Positions 11,325-23,864 are shown, counted from the stretch's first letter. The stretch is 64,000 nt of DNA from Marsupella aquatica (GCA_973895155.1 OZ316898.1:13918330-13982329); one strand, 5' to 3'. Notes: a model not told the origin generated them from the letters alone. Translations and numbers: made by a program.

Positions 11325-12690
11325 AGCTATCCAACACCAAGCGCGCGCAAGCTCTCCTCCTGCCCTCCCTCACTTCAAAAAACGTCGAATGGGCCTTGTA
11401 ACCCGGCGGGAAGGTCCGAATGCCCAGACAAAACACATTTGCGACGCAGTCCGCATCGCAATTTGTGAATCAGCCCGCTTCGCAACTAGTATCTCAACTT
11501 TCCAAAACCAATGCGAAACCACACGCTTCGCAAAGCCTTCGCAAAGCTGCAGACACGCGAAAAAATGCTCTCAGGCTCTGTTTTTCCGAAGCTGTTGCGA
11601 AACATTTTGCTTCGCAAATAATGTGACCAAATTCTGAAGCAGGTTGCGAAGCAGGTCGGTTCTCAATATCGTGGCAATTCCTGGCGAAATTTTTTTTCAC
11701 ATTCTTTCCCTCCTCCTTTTGTTTAGGCCATGTAAGTTATACTATGCCCTTTTGTGTAATTAAGAAATTCCGCCGTTTCAAATCCCGATGTTTGTTAGGG
11801 TTGGGTCTTGGATGAAGCTGGTTTTTTTAGGGGTTAAAAGCGAGATTACCAGTCAAACCTTCCGTTTTTTAAGCTATACATGGTGTGGGTGTAGGCTAAT
11901 TTTGATAAGAGTTGGGTTTTGGTTTAAAATTAATAAGTGAGGAAAGGGTTTAGGATTAAAGTTGGGTTTGGGTTTAAGGTTTAAGTCTTTAATTTTGGGT
12001 TTAAGCAGGGTTTGCATTTATGGTTGTAGGCTTTTAGGGTTCAAGCAAGGGTTTAGGGTTTAAAACAAAAGAGAGGAAGGGGATTGGGAGTGAGGGTCTA
12101 GGTTTTTGTAATAGGTCAGAGGTTTGGGGGTGAGGGTTTGGAAAAGGCAAAGCAAGGTTAGATGAGATTAATGTTTTAGTTGTTTTACCATGGGTTTTAT
12201 GGGTTTTAATGGGTTTTATGGATCTTTTGGGTTTTAATGGTTTTTCCATGGGTTTTATGCTAACAAAGGAGGAGGAGCTATGACAACTTGCAGGGTGCGG
12301 CACTTTTGCATGAATTGATACTAGCTAATGCGTATGCATCGTATGAGCCCCGGCATCTGGAGGTACGGACTAAAATAGATGGGTCTAGTTAGGCTTATTC
12401 ATGTAATTAAAATTTTTGGTTCCCACTATCTATAAAGAGGACATGTATGTAAGGTGTTCGCTTTGTGTACTTGCAGCTTTTCTCATACTTCCAGATTCGG
12501 TTCATTATTTTAGAGCCACAAGACCTATTGGCACCGCTGAGCCTGGGTCTCAGAAAGGTATTTTTTAGTGTTCCTTTTGTGTTTGGTTTCATGTCATCAT
12601 TACTTGAGAACTTACATTTGTCCAGCTTGATATTGTGATGTTATTTGGTAATAACCCCTAACTTGCAAATTATACATCTTTGTAGGGGCA

Positions 12691-12924
12691 ATGTCTTCAT
12701 CTTCTGAGATCTCCACCACAGATTCTTCCTCCTCCGATGAAGATATACCACCTCCTCCTCAACCTCACACGACTGCACCTCCTCCTCGTGGTCCACCCCG
12801 TCAGCTTTGCCAATGTGCCAAATGCGTGGGTCAGGTTTCCCAAAAGTCCTATATATGCACCCAGCATATTGAGAGATATGGACGTTACGGACGTCATACA
12901 ACAGGGGCTTCCTCATCCCATGTG
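12691..12924 (+). CDS. First coding exon with transposase-associated Zn-binding motif
   Basis: LCQCAKC...ICTQHIERYG resembles the CACTA Transpos_assoc motif; phase-0 donor GTAAGT at 12925. Confidence 0.7.
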
Positions 12925-13025
12925 GTAAGTGTTTACGCCTTAGTTTCTACCCTATTTCCACATTGCAATGGTGAAGGTTTTTAATTTCACACCTCTTGTT
13001 GTTTGTTTTGGTTTGGGTGGAATAG

Positions 13026-13841
13026 GTATCTAGTAGGCCTAGACCTGCGGCATCAGCACCTTATGTCCCATCACAAGGTGTTCTAGATGCTATAGGCAAT
13101 GCATTCTCACAAGCCTTGGGTCTAGCAACAGCCCCCTCCAGTCCTAGGGCAGTTGGGGGTGAGCCTGTTGTCCCAAGAGGGAGAAAGCGTTCCAAGAGAC
13201 GGCCCCGAGGGGATACTGATTTGTACAAGGCAGTGGTTACCGGTAGGTGGGGTGATTGTGAGTTTACTGGCAGATGTGTTCCTATCATCAAGGACTGGGA
13301 TCCCCAGACTCTTGGTTTGCCACAAGAGCTTTCCTATGGTGAGGAGGTAGAGGTTTGGGGAAGACGTTGGGTTATCAAACCTTCCACACTTGGGGATAGA
13401 CATGGCTATGGAGTTTTTGCTTGTGAAGACATCATTGTGGATACCGAGAGTGGTAGTGGTGGACGCGGTCGAGAAGGACCTACGTTGTTTCCTTATGGTG
13501 GACCCATCTACAAGAGAAGACATTGGAACATGATCCTTGCACAACATCCTGAGTGGAAGACTTATGCCTTGGAGTTAGATACTTTTGATGGAAACACTAG
13601 GAGGTATAGTGAGCAGCGGGTGATAGATGGGGACCCCATACGAACTGGGAATATAGCTGGTTTCATAAACAGTACTGTGGGGACTCGCCCCAAGCGTAGG
13701 CAAAATTGTGAGTGGGTTTTCATTGAGGGTCCTCCACCAGCCCCTTATGGCCAGACATATCATCATGACCATTGTCTGGTTGTAGCTACTAGGACCATTC
13801 ACTCAGGTGATGAGTTGTTTACTCACTATGTGTGGGATTAG
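13026..13841 (+). CDS. SET-domain lysine methyltransferase-like exon inside the CACTA
   Basis: IKPSTL..HGYGVFACEDI, YGG, IDGDP..GNIAGFINS, NCEW, VATRTIHSGDELFTHY; open frame; acceptor AG at 13024-13025. Confidence 0.85.
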   Translation, partial: VSSRPRPAASAPYVPSQGVLDAIGNAFSQALGLATAPSSPRAVGGEPVVPRGRKRSKRRPRGDTDLYKAVVTGRWGDCEFTGRCVPIIKDWDPQTLGLPQELSYGEEVEVWGRRWVIKPSTLGDRHGYGVFACEDIIVDTESGSGGRGREGPTLFPYGGPIYKRRHWNMILAQHPEWKTYALELDTFDGNTRRYSEQRVIDGDPIRTGNIAGFINSTVGTRPKRRQNCEWVFIEGPPPAPYGQTYHHDHCLVVATRTIHSGDELFTHYVWD

Positions 13842-13984
13842 AAAATGACCATACACATGGCGTTTGGCCACATTTTGTATTTACACCAGTACCGATATTA
13901 TTTCATGTTTGCACACCCCCATATATTCTTCTACATGTTGTAACTATTTGCTTTGTAACTTTCAATTGTTTGCATTGTTTTTAG

Positions 13985-16900
13985 AATGTGCGACCCTCTC
14001 AAAATATGTTACCGCGGAGATTGAGAGGAGCATATCGGGAAATGGGTATGCCGGAAGAAGGACAAGGCTCTGAGGCACATTCCTCATCAAGTGACAGTGG
14101 AAGCAACAACCCTGATCGCAATGTACCCAGAACATATGAACAGGTTATTGATGACCAAGATAGAGCCATGGATGATTTTATGGTTGATTGGTTTGGTGTC
14201 GACGTCCCTGGTGATGATGCTGAGGTGTCTGCTGATCAAGGAGGTTATGTGCCCCCCAATGATCCACGACCAAGACATACCCCCGAGGGACAGCGCCAAT
14301 GGGAGGAAGCAGAGGAACATGCCCGAACTCCTATCTATGAGGGTGCTCGTTTGAATCGTCTTTCTGCTATCTTGGGGTTGATGAATCTACAGGCCAAACA
14401 CAAGGCAAGCAATGCCTTGTTATCTGATATGTTTGCACTTTGCCATGACCTTATGTTACCTTCTGGCAATGTGTTTCCAGGAACTTGGAAGGAGGCCAAG
14501 CGTGTTCTCTCATCAATTGGCATGGAATATCATATCATTCATGCATGTGTGAATGATTGCATGTTATTTCATGGGGCCGATGAGAAGAAGACACAGTGTA
14601 CTGAATGTCATGAGCCACGGTATGACCCCAACATGATTACAAAGAAGGTGCCAAGAAAAGTTGTTCATTGGTTTCCCATCATTCCTTGGTTGTTGCACAT
14701 GTACAGGTGTTCTGATTTGGCAGAGTTGATGGTATGGCATAAGACTCATCGATCAGAGCCTGGTGTTATGCGGTTGCCAATTGACTCTCCTGCAGTCAAA
14801 CATATTGAGGAAACATGGCCAGACTTTGCACATGATCCTCGTCATGTGAGGTTGGGATTGGCATCTGATGGGGTTAGTCCTCATGCCCTTGGAGGCAAGG
14901 GAAGACCTACATCAGTTTGGCCTGTGGTTGTGATGAATTACAACCTTCCACCATGGCTATCCATGAAGAAGGGGTTCCTCTTGCTGTCTTTGATTATTCC
15001 AGGTCCAAAAAAGGTGAAGAACTTTGACACTTATTTGGCACTATTGATTGGAGAACTCCAAAAACTATGGGGTGGAGTGTGGGCATATGATGGCAGGAAA
15101 AATACAGGAGGCATTCCACGTGTATTTAAATTGAGAGGGGTAGTTTGTTGGACAATGCATGACTATCCTGGTAAGATGACTTTTTGACCATATGCCACCC
15201 TTCTTTGATATGCTCTTTAATATACTTGTTTGTCATGTGACAACCCTAACATTTAGTCTGGTTTTATTTTTGGTGTAACCAGGGTTTGGCTTTGTCTCTG
15301 GATTGCAAACTCAGGGGTACAAAGCTTGCTCCACCTATGGTCCACAATTGCAAGATATGACAATTTGGTCCCCATGGCTTAGGAAGATTGTTTACATTGG
15401 GCATACAAAGTTTCTTCCAATGGGGCATGAGATGAGGTCTGACCCACTTTTATTTTCCTCCTTTGACATGCCCCTTGGTGATATGCGGGAAATTCCGGAA
15501 CCAACAACTTTTGGGCATTGGAAGTCACTAGCTGATAGGGTGGCAGACCCTGATGATCCCCTCACCTTTGATGGTACTGGGTTGACGAGGTGGAGTATAC
15601 TAGCCAGTTTGCCCTATTGGTCAGAGTTGAAGATCCGCCATCTTTTAGACCCCATGCACATAGAGGGAAATGTGGGGAAGGCGTTGATAGCTCATTTTTA
15701 TGGGGAGAAGGACACTAACTTCAGGGAGGCATGTGAAGAGTTGGAAATGCATCCAGATGTATGGGTACAAGTTGATCCTGCCACAGGTTTGGAACATCGT
15801 CCTTCTGCTCGTTGGGTGCTTAGTGTTGGCCAAAGACGTGAATTCCGGAATCGTATAGGGGAGATGCGGTTTCCTACAGGCTATGGTGCCAATTTGAGGA
15901 AAGCTTTTGGGATGGAGGACAATCACAAATGGCCACGGTATCTCAAGACACATGACTATCACTGCTTATTGCAGCATATATTGCCAGTGGCAATTATAGG
16001 GTTGGGGATCAAAGAAGTGCAAGATGCCATTTGGTCATTGGGTCGTTTGTTGAGATGGATATGCTCAAAGGAGATATATGTGGAAGAGATTCCTGGAATG
16101 GAGGTATTGGCAGCTGAGGTGGTTTGCAAGTTGGAGAAGGCCCTCCCTCCTTCCTTCTTTAATTGTCAGGTTCATTTACTTGTGCATCTTGTGAGGGAGG
16201 TTGCCATTGCTGGTCCAGTTCATTGTCGATGGATGTACTAGCTTGAGCGTTACATGTCAGTCTTGAAGGCTTATGTACGTAACCGTGCACGAGTGGAGGG
16301 AAATATAGTACAGGATACTTGGCTGCAGAGAGCATGTTTTATTGTAGTAACATCTTGGCCACCATTGATCGGACTTTACCACGTACTTGGATGGAGGAGA
16401 GGCAAGAGGAGGAGGACCGTTTAACAGGAGCAACAAAAACACGCATGCTTACATCAACAGAGTGGACACAGTTGAATACATTCATGTTGAGTAATAGCAA
16501 TGTCATGGATGAATGGAGGGAGTTTTATGACAATGCCAAAAGAATGAGTCAAAGGGCAAGGATTTTTCCTAAGTTGCATGAGTTTATGAAGGAAAAGTTG
16601 GTTGAGTTGGATGGCATTTTGGCACAAGGAGGAGATGTCTCACAGTTTCCTACTATGACAAATGACATTCGGACCATTGTTCATGGCCCTTTGAGAGTGG
16701 TAACATCCAAGACGGCCATGTGGACCCAAGGGAGACACTTCAGGTTTCACTAGTTCCTAACCTTGTTTTCCATATTCATGTACTACTACTTAAGATATAG
16801 TAATCATTTTACTTAAGATAAGTGTGTTTTTCTCTTTTGGTATGAAAGGTTCCTCATAACATGATTAGTGTTTTTTGTGTAGTAGTAACAATATATGGGT

Positions 16901-17400
16901 CTTGTTAATTTCAGGATTTCTTCCCTTGATGAGAAGAGGGCTCGTACTTTTGATTGTGGAGTTCAAGGGCAGTTTTGTCAGGACTCCCGGAGTAGCCGAC
17001 ATGACAGGAACATTGTTCGTGATGTTGTGCCACACTATGGGAAGATAGAGGAGATTTGGTGGTCTCATATGACAACCAATCTAAGTTTGAGGAGTATGTC
17101 TTCAAGTGCAAGTGGTTCAAAGTGAACCTTGTTGGTAATAATCGCACTGTACTCCAAGATGAGAGTGGGTTTACACGGTTGAGGACAAGTGCCACTAGTT
17201 TTCAAGCATCTCATTGGCAAACGTCAGAGCCATTTACTTTCCCATCTCACTTGGAGCAATGTTTCTACGTTCCATACCCCTTAGACCCAGAGTGGTCACT
17301 TGTCATCACATATGTGCCACGGTCTCGTTCCATTGTTTCAGACAAGCCAGACACTATTTTTGTGTCAGATGTAGAGGACATTGAAGGTGACCAAGTGTGA
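13985..17400 (+). pseudogene. CACTA transposase (TnpD-like; Transposase_21/DUF4218/DUF4216-like), disrupted
   Basis: IHACVNDC, LGLASDG, YNLPPW, HDYP-G, DPMHIEGN, LKTHDYH, GPVHCRWMY, YGKIEEI, FKCKWF. Introns 15171-15282 and 16744-16914; stop at 16239-16241; frameshifts near 16310 and 17057. Confidence 0.92.
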
Positions 17401-17804
17401 GAGACACTTATGGATATTTAAACCAAAAATCTATATCATGGATTGTTCATGTTGTTTCTTAATTAATATTTCATACACCATTAGTGTGGTAGGTATTTTC
17501 ATTTTGGTCTCCTACTTTCAAAAGAGGTCATGCATATAAGTGACATGGGTACTCCCTCCCTTATCCCTCCTCCCTCTTTGAACCCAAACTCTCCTTCCTC
17601 TTCCAAAAACTCCATAGCTTTTTCTCCTCCCTCCCTCTTCGCTAAAGTCTCTCCTATTTTTAGTAAACCCTCTTTGGACTCCCTTCTTCCTCCGTCCCTC
17701 ATCCACCTTCCAACTCCCTTCCTCCCTCTTTCACCTTTCACCTCCCTCCCTCCTCCTCCCCCATTCAAACTCTAACCTAGATGCACACACAAGTCTAACA
17801 TAAA

Positions 17805-18290
17805 CGTTTGCGAACTGTTTGCGAAACTAAACAAATCCCAACCAAATCGCAATTCTGCCATTTAAACCGTTTCTCAATTATTCCATACTATATGCTTCAC
17901 TATTTTGCGATATCCAGACCATCCCACCTTTACCATCCATATCATTTCGCACATTTGCCATACAAACCCATCGCAAATTGTTTGAAGCTAACCTTTTCGC
18001 AAACATCCTCCAATCCTAATTGTTTCGCATCATTAATGTTACCGTGGTTTTGGACTTTCGGAGCGGTCGCGGAGCCTTCGTAATGTGTTTTGTAATCTCT
18101 GTAGTTTCGCAAACTATTGTGATACAATAAAGTTCGCAAAATGTTTATGATGCAAATCGCATGGAAGACCAAAGTTGCGATACCACAAGTATCGCAAATT
18201 GCGATGCGTATTGAGTCATCAATGGTTTGAAGCATCTGGAATCGCAAACGTGTGTCCGGACTCAAATGAGCTTCGCAAAAGGGAAAAATA
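17805..18290. repeat. CACTA right subterminal repeat array
   Basis: Dense TTCGCA/TGCGAA motifs. Confidence 0.85.
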
Positions 18291-18303
18291 TGTTGTAGTG
18301 GTT

Positions 18304-20200
18304 CAAGCAATCATTCTTGAAGGAGTTCCGATCTATTGGAGTGGAAGCCACATCCCTATTGAAGGTGGGTCAACTTAGAATGAAGAAGAAAGAGTCGTTG
18401 CAGAGGTTCTTGCAAAGATTCCAGAAGCTAGTACGGCGGATACAAGCCCGTACCGATGATGCTATGCGCCAAGCATAGTTTGTAGCTGCCCTACCAAGCA
18501 AGATGGGGTTCTTTGTACGTCAAGCCAAGCCAACCACCTTGGCTGAGGCTATTGCGGCAGCAGAGTCATACACTGCCACCGACGCCACAAGCAAGCACTG
18601 CCAAAGAAAGAAGTTGAAGCCTGTGGACAGTTCCTCTAGTGAGGAGTCAAGTGAATCCAAGTTGGATGGTAGTGATGAATCCGAGGACTCTGAGAGCACT
18701 ACGGAGTCAGACACTACGGGGTCAGAAGCTGAGAAGCGAAAGAAGAGGAAGAAGAAGTTGTCCAAGAAGGCCAAGAAGTCGTCTCATCGAGAAGTGGTGC
18801 TACCCATGGTGGCAGTAACACCATTGTCTATGGCAAGACGACTCAAGGAGCAAGAGGCCAGGTACGATGAGTTGACAGAGCAAATGAAAGCATTGAAGGT
18901 GCACTTTGCAGGTCTCAAGCCAGAGAGGAGAAAGGTTCCAGTGGAGAGAGCCAACGTGTGGTGCACCAAGTGCATGAAGTTTGGTCATGCCCCGAAGGAG
19001 TGTCCAACGGGAGAACCAGCCAAGGTTTTCCAAGTACGGGAGGATGACGTTGAGGGAGCAAGCTACTCAAACCCTTCTTATGCAGCGGAAGGACCAGTAG
19101 AGTACTTCATGGAGGAGCCACCAGAGGCCAATGTATATAGTGTTCATGGGAGCATTCATGGGATCTCAACTAACGCTGGAGCACCCCCATATGCCAACTA
19201 TTCCAACACTACTCCCGGGAATAGACCACCGTATCCGGGGGTAAGAAAGATCCCTATTTGTTACAATTGTAGAGTGGCTGGCCACTACGCTAACGTGTGC
19301 CTAGAGCCCACACGTCAAGGGAATGGAGATTTTGCCCGGTTGTGTCAATTGTGCAAGGGGGAGGGACATCTTGCACCACACTGTCCAACCTTGGAAGCAA
19401 TCAAGGCTCAACAAGCTGGAGGACCGGAGAAGAAGGGACCACCACCCCCACTCAAAGAAACTAACGTCAACTTTCTTGCCACGGAAGCGGTTGACCCGCT
19501 TGAGTTCACCCCTACAAAGGAGTTGGTCACAAAACTGGAAGAGCCCGTAGTGGACGTTCCCAAGCAGAGGCTGGTCACCATCAAGGAGGAGTTAGTACCA
19601 TCAGTCGTTGTAGTATCTCCAGTTGTGGAGGCACCTTTGGTGGTCGTTGTCACTTCAGAAGTTGTTGAGCACACACGGTCCCCAAGTCATGAGTGGACTC
19701 ACGCTGAAAATTTTCCGGAGGTGGACAGTGATGATGAGAGGAGACACTACTCTTGTTACCGGGTCTCCACTCGGTCTGGGAAAAAGAAGGACAAGTCCGA
19801 ACTCAAGCAAAAGTACAAGGAAGTGCATCAAGCTTCCACATCGGGCACCTCACACGAACCTGAGATGCCACCCATGGAAGATAGCGACTTTGATCGGGAA
19901 AATCCCAAGTTGTTCAGATACCCAAAGGTGGGAGAAGAGGTACGCAAGTAGCTGGAGGAGCTAGAAGCACAAGCCATGCAAGCGGCCATTGACAAAGACC
20001 TAGAGGAGGCAAAGGCCAGAAAGAAAGCAGAGGAGAAGGTTGTTCGTTGGAAACCAGGAGAGGAGGTCATCCCACCCATACCTCCTGCAACTGCATACAA
20101 CATTGCTCAAGATATTCTGGATTGTCCAGTTAGTGCCACGATTGGGCAACTGCTACGTGATAGCTCCCTCTACCGCCGCCAAGTCCAAGGAGATTCTTAT
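18304..20200 (+). pseudogene. gag: gag, 3' part with three CCHC zinc knuckles
   Basis: CTKCMKFGHAPKEC, CYNCRVAGHYANVC, CQLCKGEGHLAPHC; in-frame TAG stops near 18477 and at 19949-19951. Confidence 0.88.
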
Positions 20201-21966
20201 GAGGAGGAGACGTAGAAGAAGGTTACCCAAAGTTGGGGCTGACCCCATACAAGTCAATTGGGTCACGGAGGATTTGGGTGCCCCAGAACTCACGGTGGAC
20301 ATCAACGGATGTGCGATACGGTTTGTACCGGTTGATGGGGGCTCAGGAGTCAACATTATGACTGAGGAGACAACAAACCAGTTGGGGTATACGGAGTTAG
20401 AGCCACCGGCACGTGCCATGAGGCTGGCTGATGGGGCACGGGTGGTGCCGTTGGGGTGTCTCACCAAGATTCCAACAATGATTGGGGGACAATCTTTTCC
20501 CCTCAACTATTTGGTGATGCGACCCGTTTGGCCATACAGTTTTCCCATCTTAATTGGCAGGCCATGGTTGTATGTGGCCAAAGTGACCAGCGATTGGGGC
20601 AAACGGCAGTTTTAGGTTTGGAGCCCCCACTATTATCATTCCCTGGTCAGCGGAGTCACCTCAAGGGGAGACTACCTCTATGGAAGAGCAATATGATTCA
20701 GAGGTCACCTCAGATGAGGACGAGGACGAAGTATACATGGTTGATTTCTCATCTGACGGAAGTAGATGTCTTTGGACCACAAGCTGCTACCATTGAGGAG
20801 GGAGTTGCGGAAGCACCACGTGGCCAAAGTTGTGTTGTGCAGAGGAAAACCAGGGAAGAACCACTTGCACCACCAGTGGCCCAGCTTGTTGATACTGAGG
20901 AGGAGGAACGAACGAGTGAGGAGGGACAGGAAGCTCAAGCCATCCTGTTTGACGATGAACGGAGGGAGGAGTGGTTGAATAACCTCTTGGATGAAGAATT
21001 TAGAGAGGAGCTACTGTCACATTACAAAGAATCTGACGTGGAAGAAATGATGGCCCATGTGACAAAGGACCCACCCCCAACTCAGCCAGGCCAGCAGGAT
21101 AGTGATGCACCGGTGTATGGAGGAATGCGACTAGCACGGTTGGAGGAGACCTTTGATGAGGAGACACGTAACAAGCTGGACATGATCAGGCCGGAGCAGT
21201 ACACCAAGGTGGAGGTGGGTGAAGGCAAGACACTCAACATTGGTAGCAAGCTGGATGCTACCGACGGAGCAACGCACTATTCAAGAGTTGTTAAAAGAGT
21301 ACCAAGACGTATTTGCATGGAGCCACCAAGATTTGAAGGGGGTGCCACCTGAGTTTGGTGAGCACAACATTGACTTGATGTCGGGAGCGTGGCCTGTGAG
21401 GCAACGCCAATACCGTCTCAACCCCAAGTACTCACTCATGGTGAAGGAGGAGATTGACCGTCTATTGGATGCAGGATTCATTTATCCGGTCATGCATAGT
21501 GAATGGGTATCACCCATCGTGATTGTGCCCAAGAAGAAGGGGCCAGACGGTAAGGTGAAGATACGGGTGTGCCAAGATTTTTGGAAGCTAAATGACGCCA
21601 CCAAGAAGGATCACTACCCGCTGCCGTTCATTGATATCGTGTTGGATATGGTGGCCGGTTGGGAGATTTACAGCTTCCTGGATGGTTACTCTGGATACAA
21701 TCAAATTTGGATACGGGAGGAGGATCAATTACTCAAGACGGCTTTCACCACGGAGTGGGGAATTTTTGCATTCCGTAGAATGCCTTTTGGGTTGTGCAAT
21801 GCCCCTGGCATGTTTCAGCGACTCATGATGAATATATTTCATGACTTTTTGCGGAGGTTCTTGGAAATCTTTATTGACGACTTTGCTGTCTACGGCAAAC
21901 GAATCAAGCACCCTGAACACTTACGGTTGACTTTTCAGAGGTGCCGAGAGACTTGCTTGAAGCTAC
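20200..21966 (+). pseudogene. pol: pol: aspartic protease and reverse transcriptase, 5' part
   Basis: VDGGSGVN and ILIGRPW (protease); SPIVIVPKK, LDGYSGYNQI, MPFGLCNAP and FIDDF (RT); frameshifts and stops. Confidence 0.93.
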
Positions 21967-22092
21967 TGTAAACGATAAAAATTACACCGGCGATATTATA
22001 GTTTTTTTTAGGTTTAGAAGTGTCAACTAGAGGTCAACCAAGAGTATTTAGGAAGTAGTAAGCAAGGACCAGCGGTTATTCATTTTGTTGAG

Positions 22093-22698
22093 ATGACAGA
22101 AAGGCTAGAAGTAGGGGAGGCAACAATCATCTTGATTAACGGTCGTGTAGGAGTCGAGTTCTGCTATGAAGGCTGCGATGGCCTACTAGCAGATGGCAGA
22201 GTATGTGCCTTAGGCACAAGAGCTCGACAGAAAAGGCAAGGGGGGGCGGATATAGGAACCCCCGTTAGCAGGAATCGGTTAGCTCATGAGTGTAAGTCAC
22301 TAGGCGAAGGAGTGCCTATGTTCATGTTCACTATTCGGATCAAAGAAGGAAGCTGTCGTGTATGGGATGCGGCTGGGCAACAATTGTTCGGAATGAAGGG
22401 CGAAGAGTTCCGCCAACGATTCATCACCGGCGAGGCCATCGAGGAACTCTGCAGAAAGGTCATGCGGAAGAAATGGAATCTACTGCTAAGACGGGAGAAC
22501 AGCCACGATCAGCGGATTACGTGGCGATTAATCACCGCCGAACAAGTAATCGTGGCCGGCGAACCGAGCAACCCCAAGGAAGATGACAGAAGTCAAGAGG
22601 TCGAGGCACATATGGCAAGATTAACAATCGGGAGTTCGGAAGCTTCCGGATCAGGCGCAACCAAAGGGAATCGAGGAGGCCGTTGCACAGTTCAGTAA
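22093..22698 (+). CDS. RPA1 C-terminal (DBD-C)-like OB-fold protein encoded in the solo LTR
   Basis: FCYEGC...C...HEC...FMFTIRI...VWDAAGQQLFGMKGEEF resembles the RPA70-C pattern YxAC...F/WDxxAxxLLGxxAxE; open 201-codon frame. Confidence 0.55.
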   Translation: MTERLEVGEATIILINGRVGVEFCYEGCDGLLADGRVCALGTRARQKRQGGADIGTPVSRNRLAHECKSLGEGVPMFMFTIRIKEGSCRVWDAAGQQLFGMKGEEFRQRFITGEAIEELCRKVMRKKWNLLLRRENSHDQRITWRLITAEQVIVAGEPSNPKEDDRSQEVEAHMARLTIGSSEASGSGATKGNRGGRCTVQ

Positions 22699-23093
22699 CC
22701 AGGAAGACAAAACTTCTTGACATAGTAATCAGCAGTTCTTGGCTTCCACTCATTGTTCTGGTAGGCATTAGTTAGCGTTCTTGGTGAATGAGCGGAGGAG
22801 ACCAAAGAGGAGGTGCGAGTCGCCCAACTGTAATTGGCGCACCCCAAGAAGTAGTAGAGGCCTCGGGCAAAGATAGACGCGGGGTAAAGGTATTTAGGGG
22901 CTTTGAAGTACTAGTCATAGTGTCACTTTTTGCTAGAAGTCTGGGGCAAGGTAGGGCTCCGCTCACCTTAGGAATGCTAGCAATTTTGTAATAGTGTCCC
23001 TACTCAGTTGAGTAGTCTTTGAGTATAAAGAGAGATTTTGGAATGAATGCAACAGAGTGAAGTCCGCACTTGAGCAGTGAATGAGAACGTTGA

Positions 23094-23096
<3 letters not shown>

Positions 23097-23142
<46 letters not shown>
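23097..23142. repeat. (AG)n microsatellite
   Basis: Uninterrupted AG run. Confidence 0.95.
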
Positions 23143-23146
<4 letters not shown>

Positions 23147-23864
23147 AATTTGCCTTATGCAGCAAGTCGTTACTCGTTAATCGCAACGATGAATGAATAT
23201 CGTCTCATTGCGAACCAGAACCTTACGGGCCAGCGCCTCAAGGTATAGGTTGAACAGACAGCTAGTGAGAAGCGGTGTCTGGTTGGAGATAGTGTGTTTT
23301 GAAGGCGATACACTGGTCGTCATACACCTCCATCATACAAGGGTAAACGTGATATTGGGGTACTTGCTTAGGGTAACCCTGTCATAGTCACCCACACAAT
23401 CCGGAAATCAATTGCTAGGCAGGCTGATTCAAAGGACAGCCGGACTTAATCAGGTCATGGCTACTAAAAACCATGAACGCAGACAACAGTGACGACAAGT
23501 CTTGCTCCTTCATTACCTTAAGATCACTGGAACTGTGGATCTGTTCTATCGGCACCCATCTTATTTCCCGTCAGTTACTATACGAGAACATTCCGATTTG
23601 CTTGATCACTTACCGCGAGTGGTGTGGGTTCATTGAGATTGTGTATAGAGAGGGGTTAGTGTTGGCCGAGGTTGAAGTGCCTAAGAAGTGGAAGATGGAA
23701 CTCGACATTCAAGAGCACTTGGTCAGATTCACTTACGGGGACTGTGTCGAGATAGAAGGAGTGCCGCCTCTCGAAGGTCGGTTAATCGTTTAAACGAGAT
23801 TACTGAGGAGAAGGTAGTTAAACGGCCATTAATCGCAAGGTCAAAGTTGGCGTTTAACAGCTAC

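Larger units (their letters stand above)
8613..18300 (+). mobile_element. CACTA (En/Spm) DNA transposon, 9688 bp
   Basis: TIR CACTACAACA (8613-8622) / TGTTGTAGTG (18291-18300); 3-bp TSD GTT; TTCGCA/TGCGAA subterminal repeats; TnpD-like transposase. Confidence 0.96.
21967..23859. mobile_element. Solo LTR (1893 bp) of an unrelated family, inserted in RT
   Basis: TGTAAACG...CGTTTAACA termini; 5-bp TSD GCTAC (21962-21966, 23860-23864); removal restores RT CLKL-HPEKCFFG. Confidence 0.88.
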
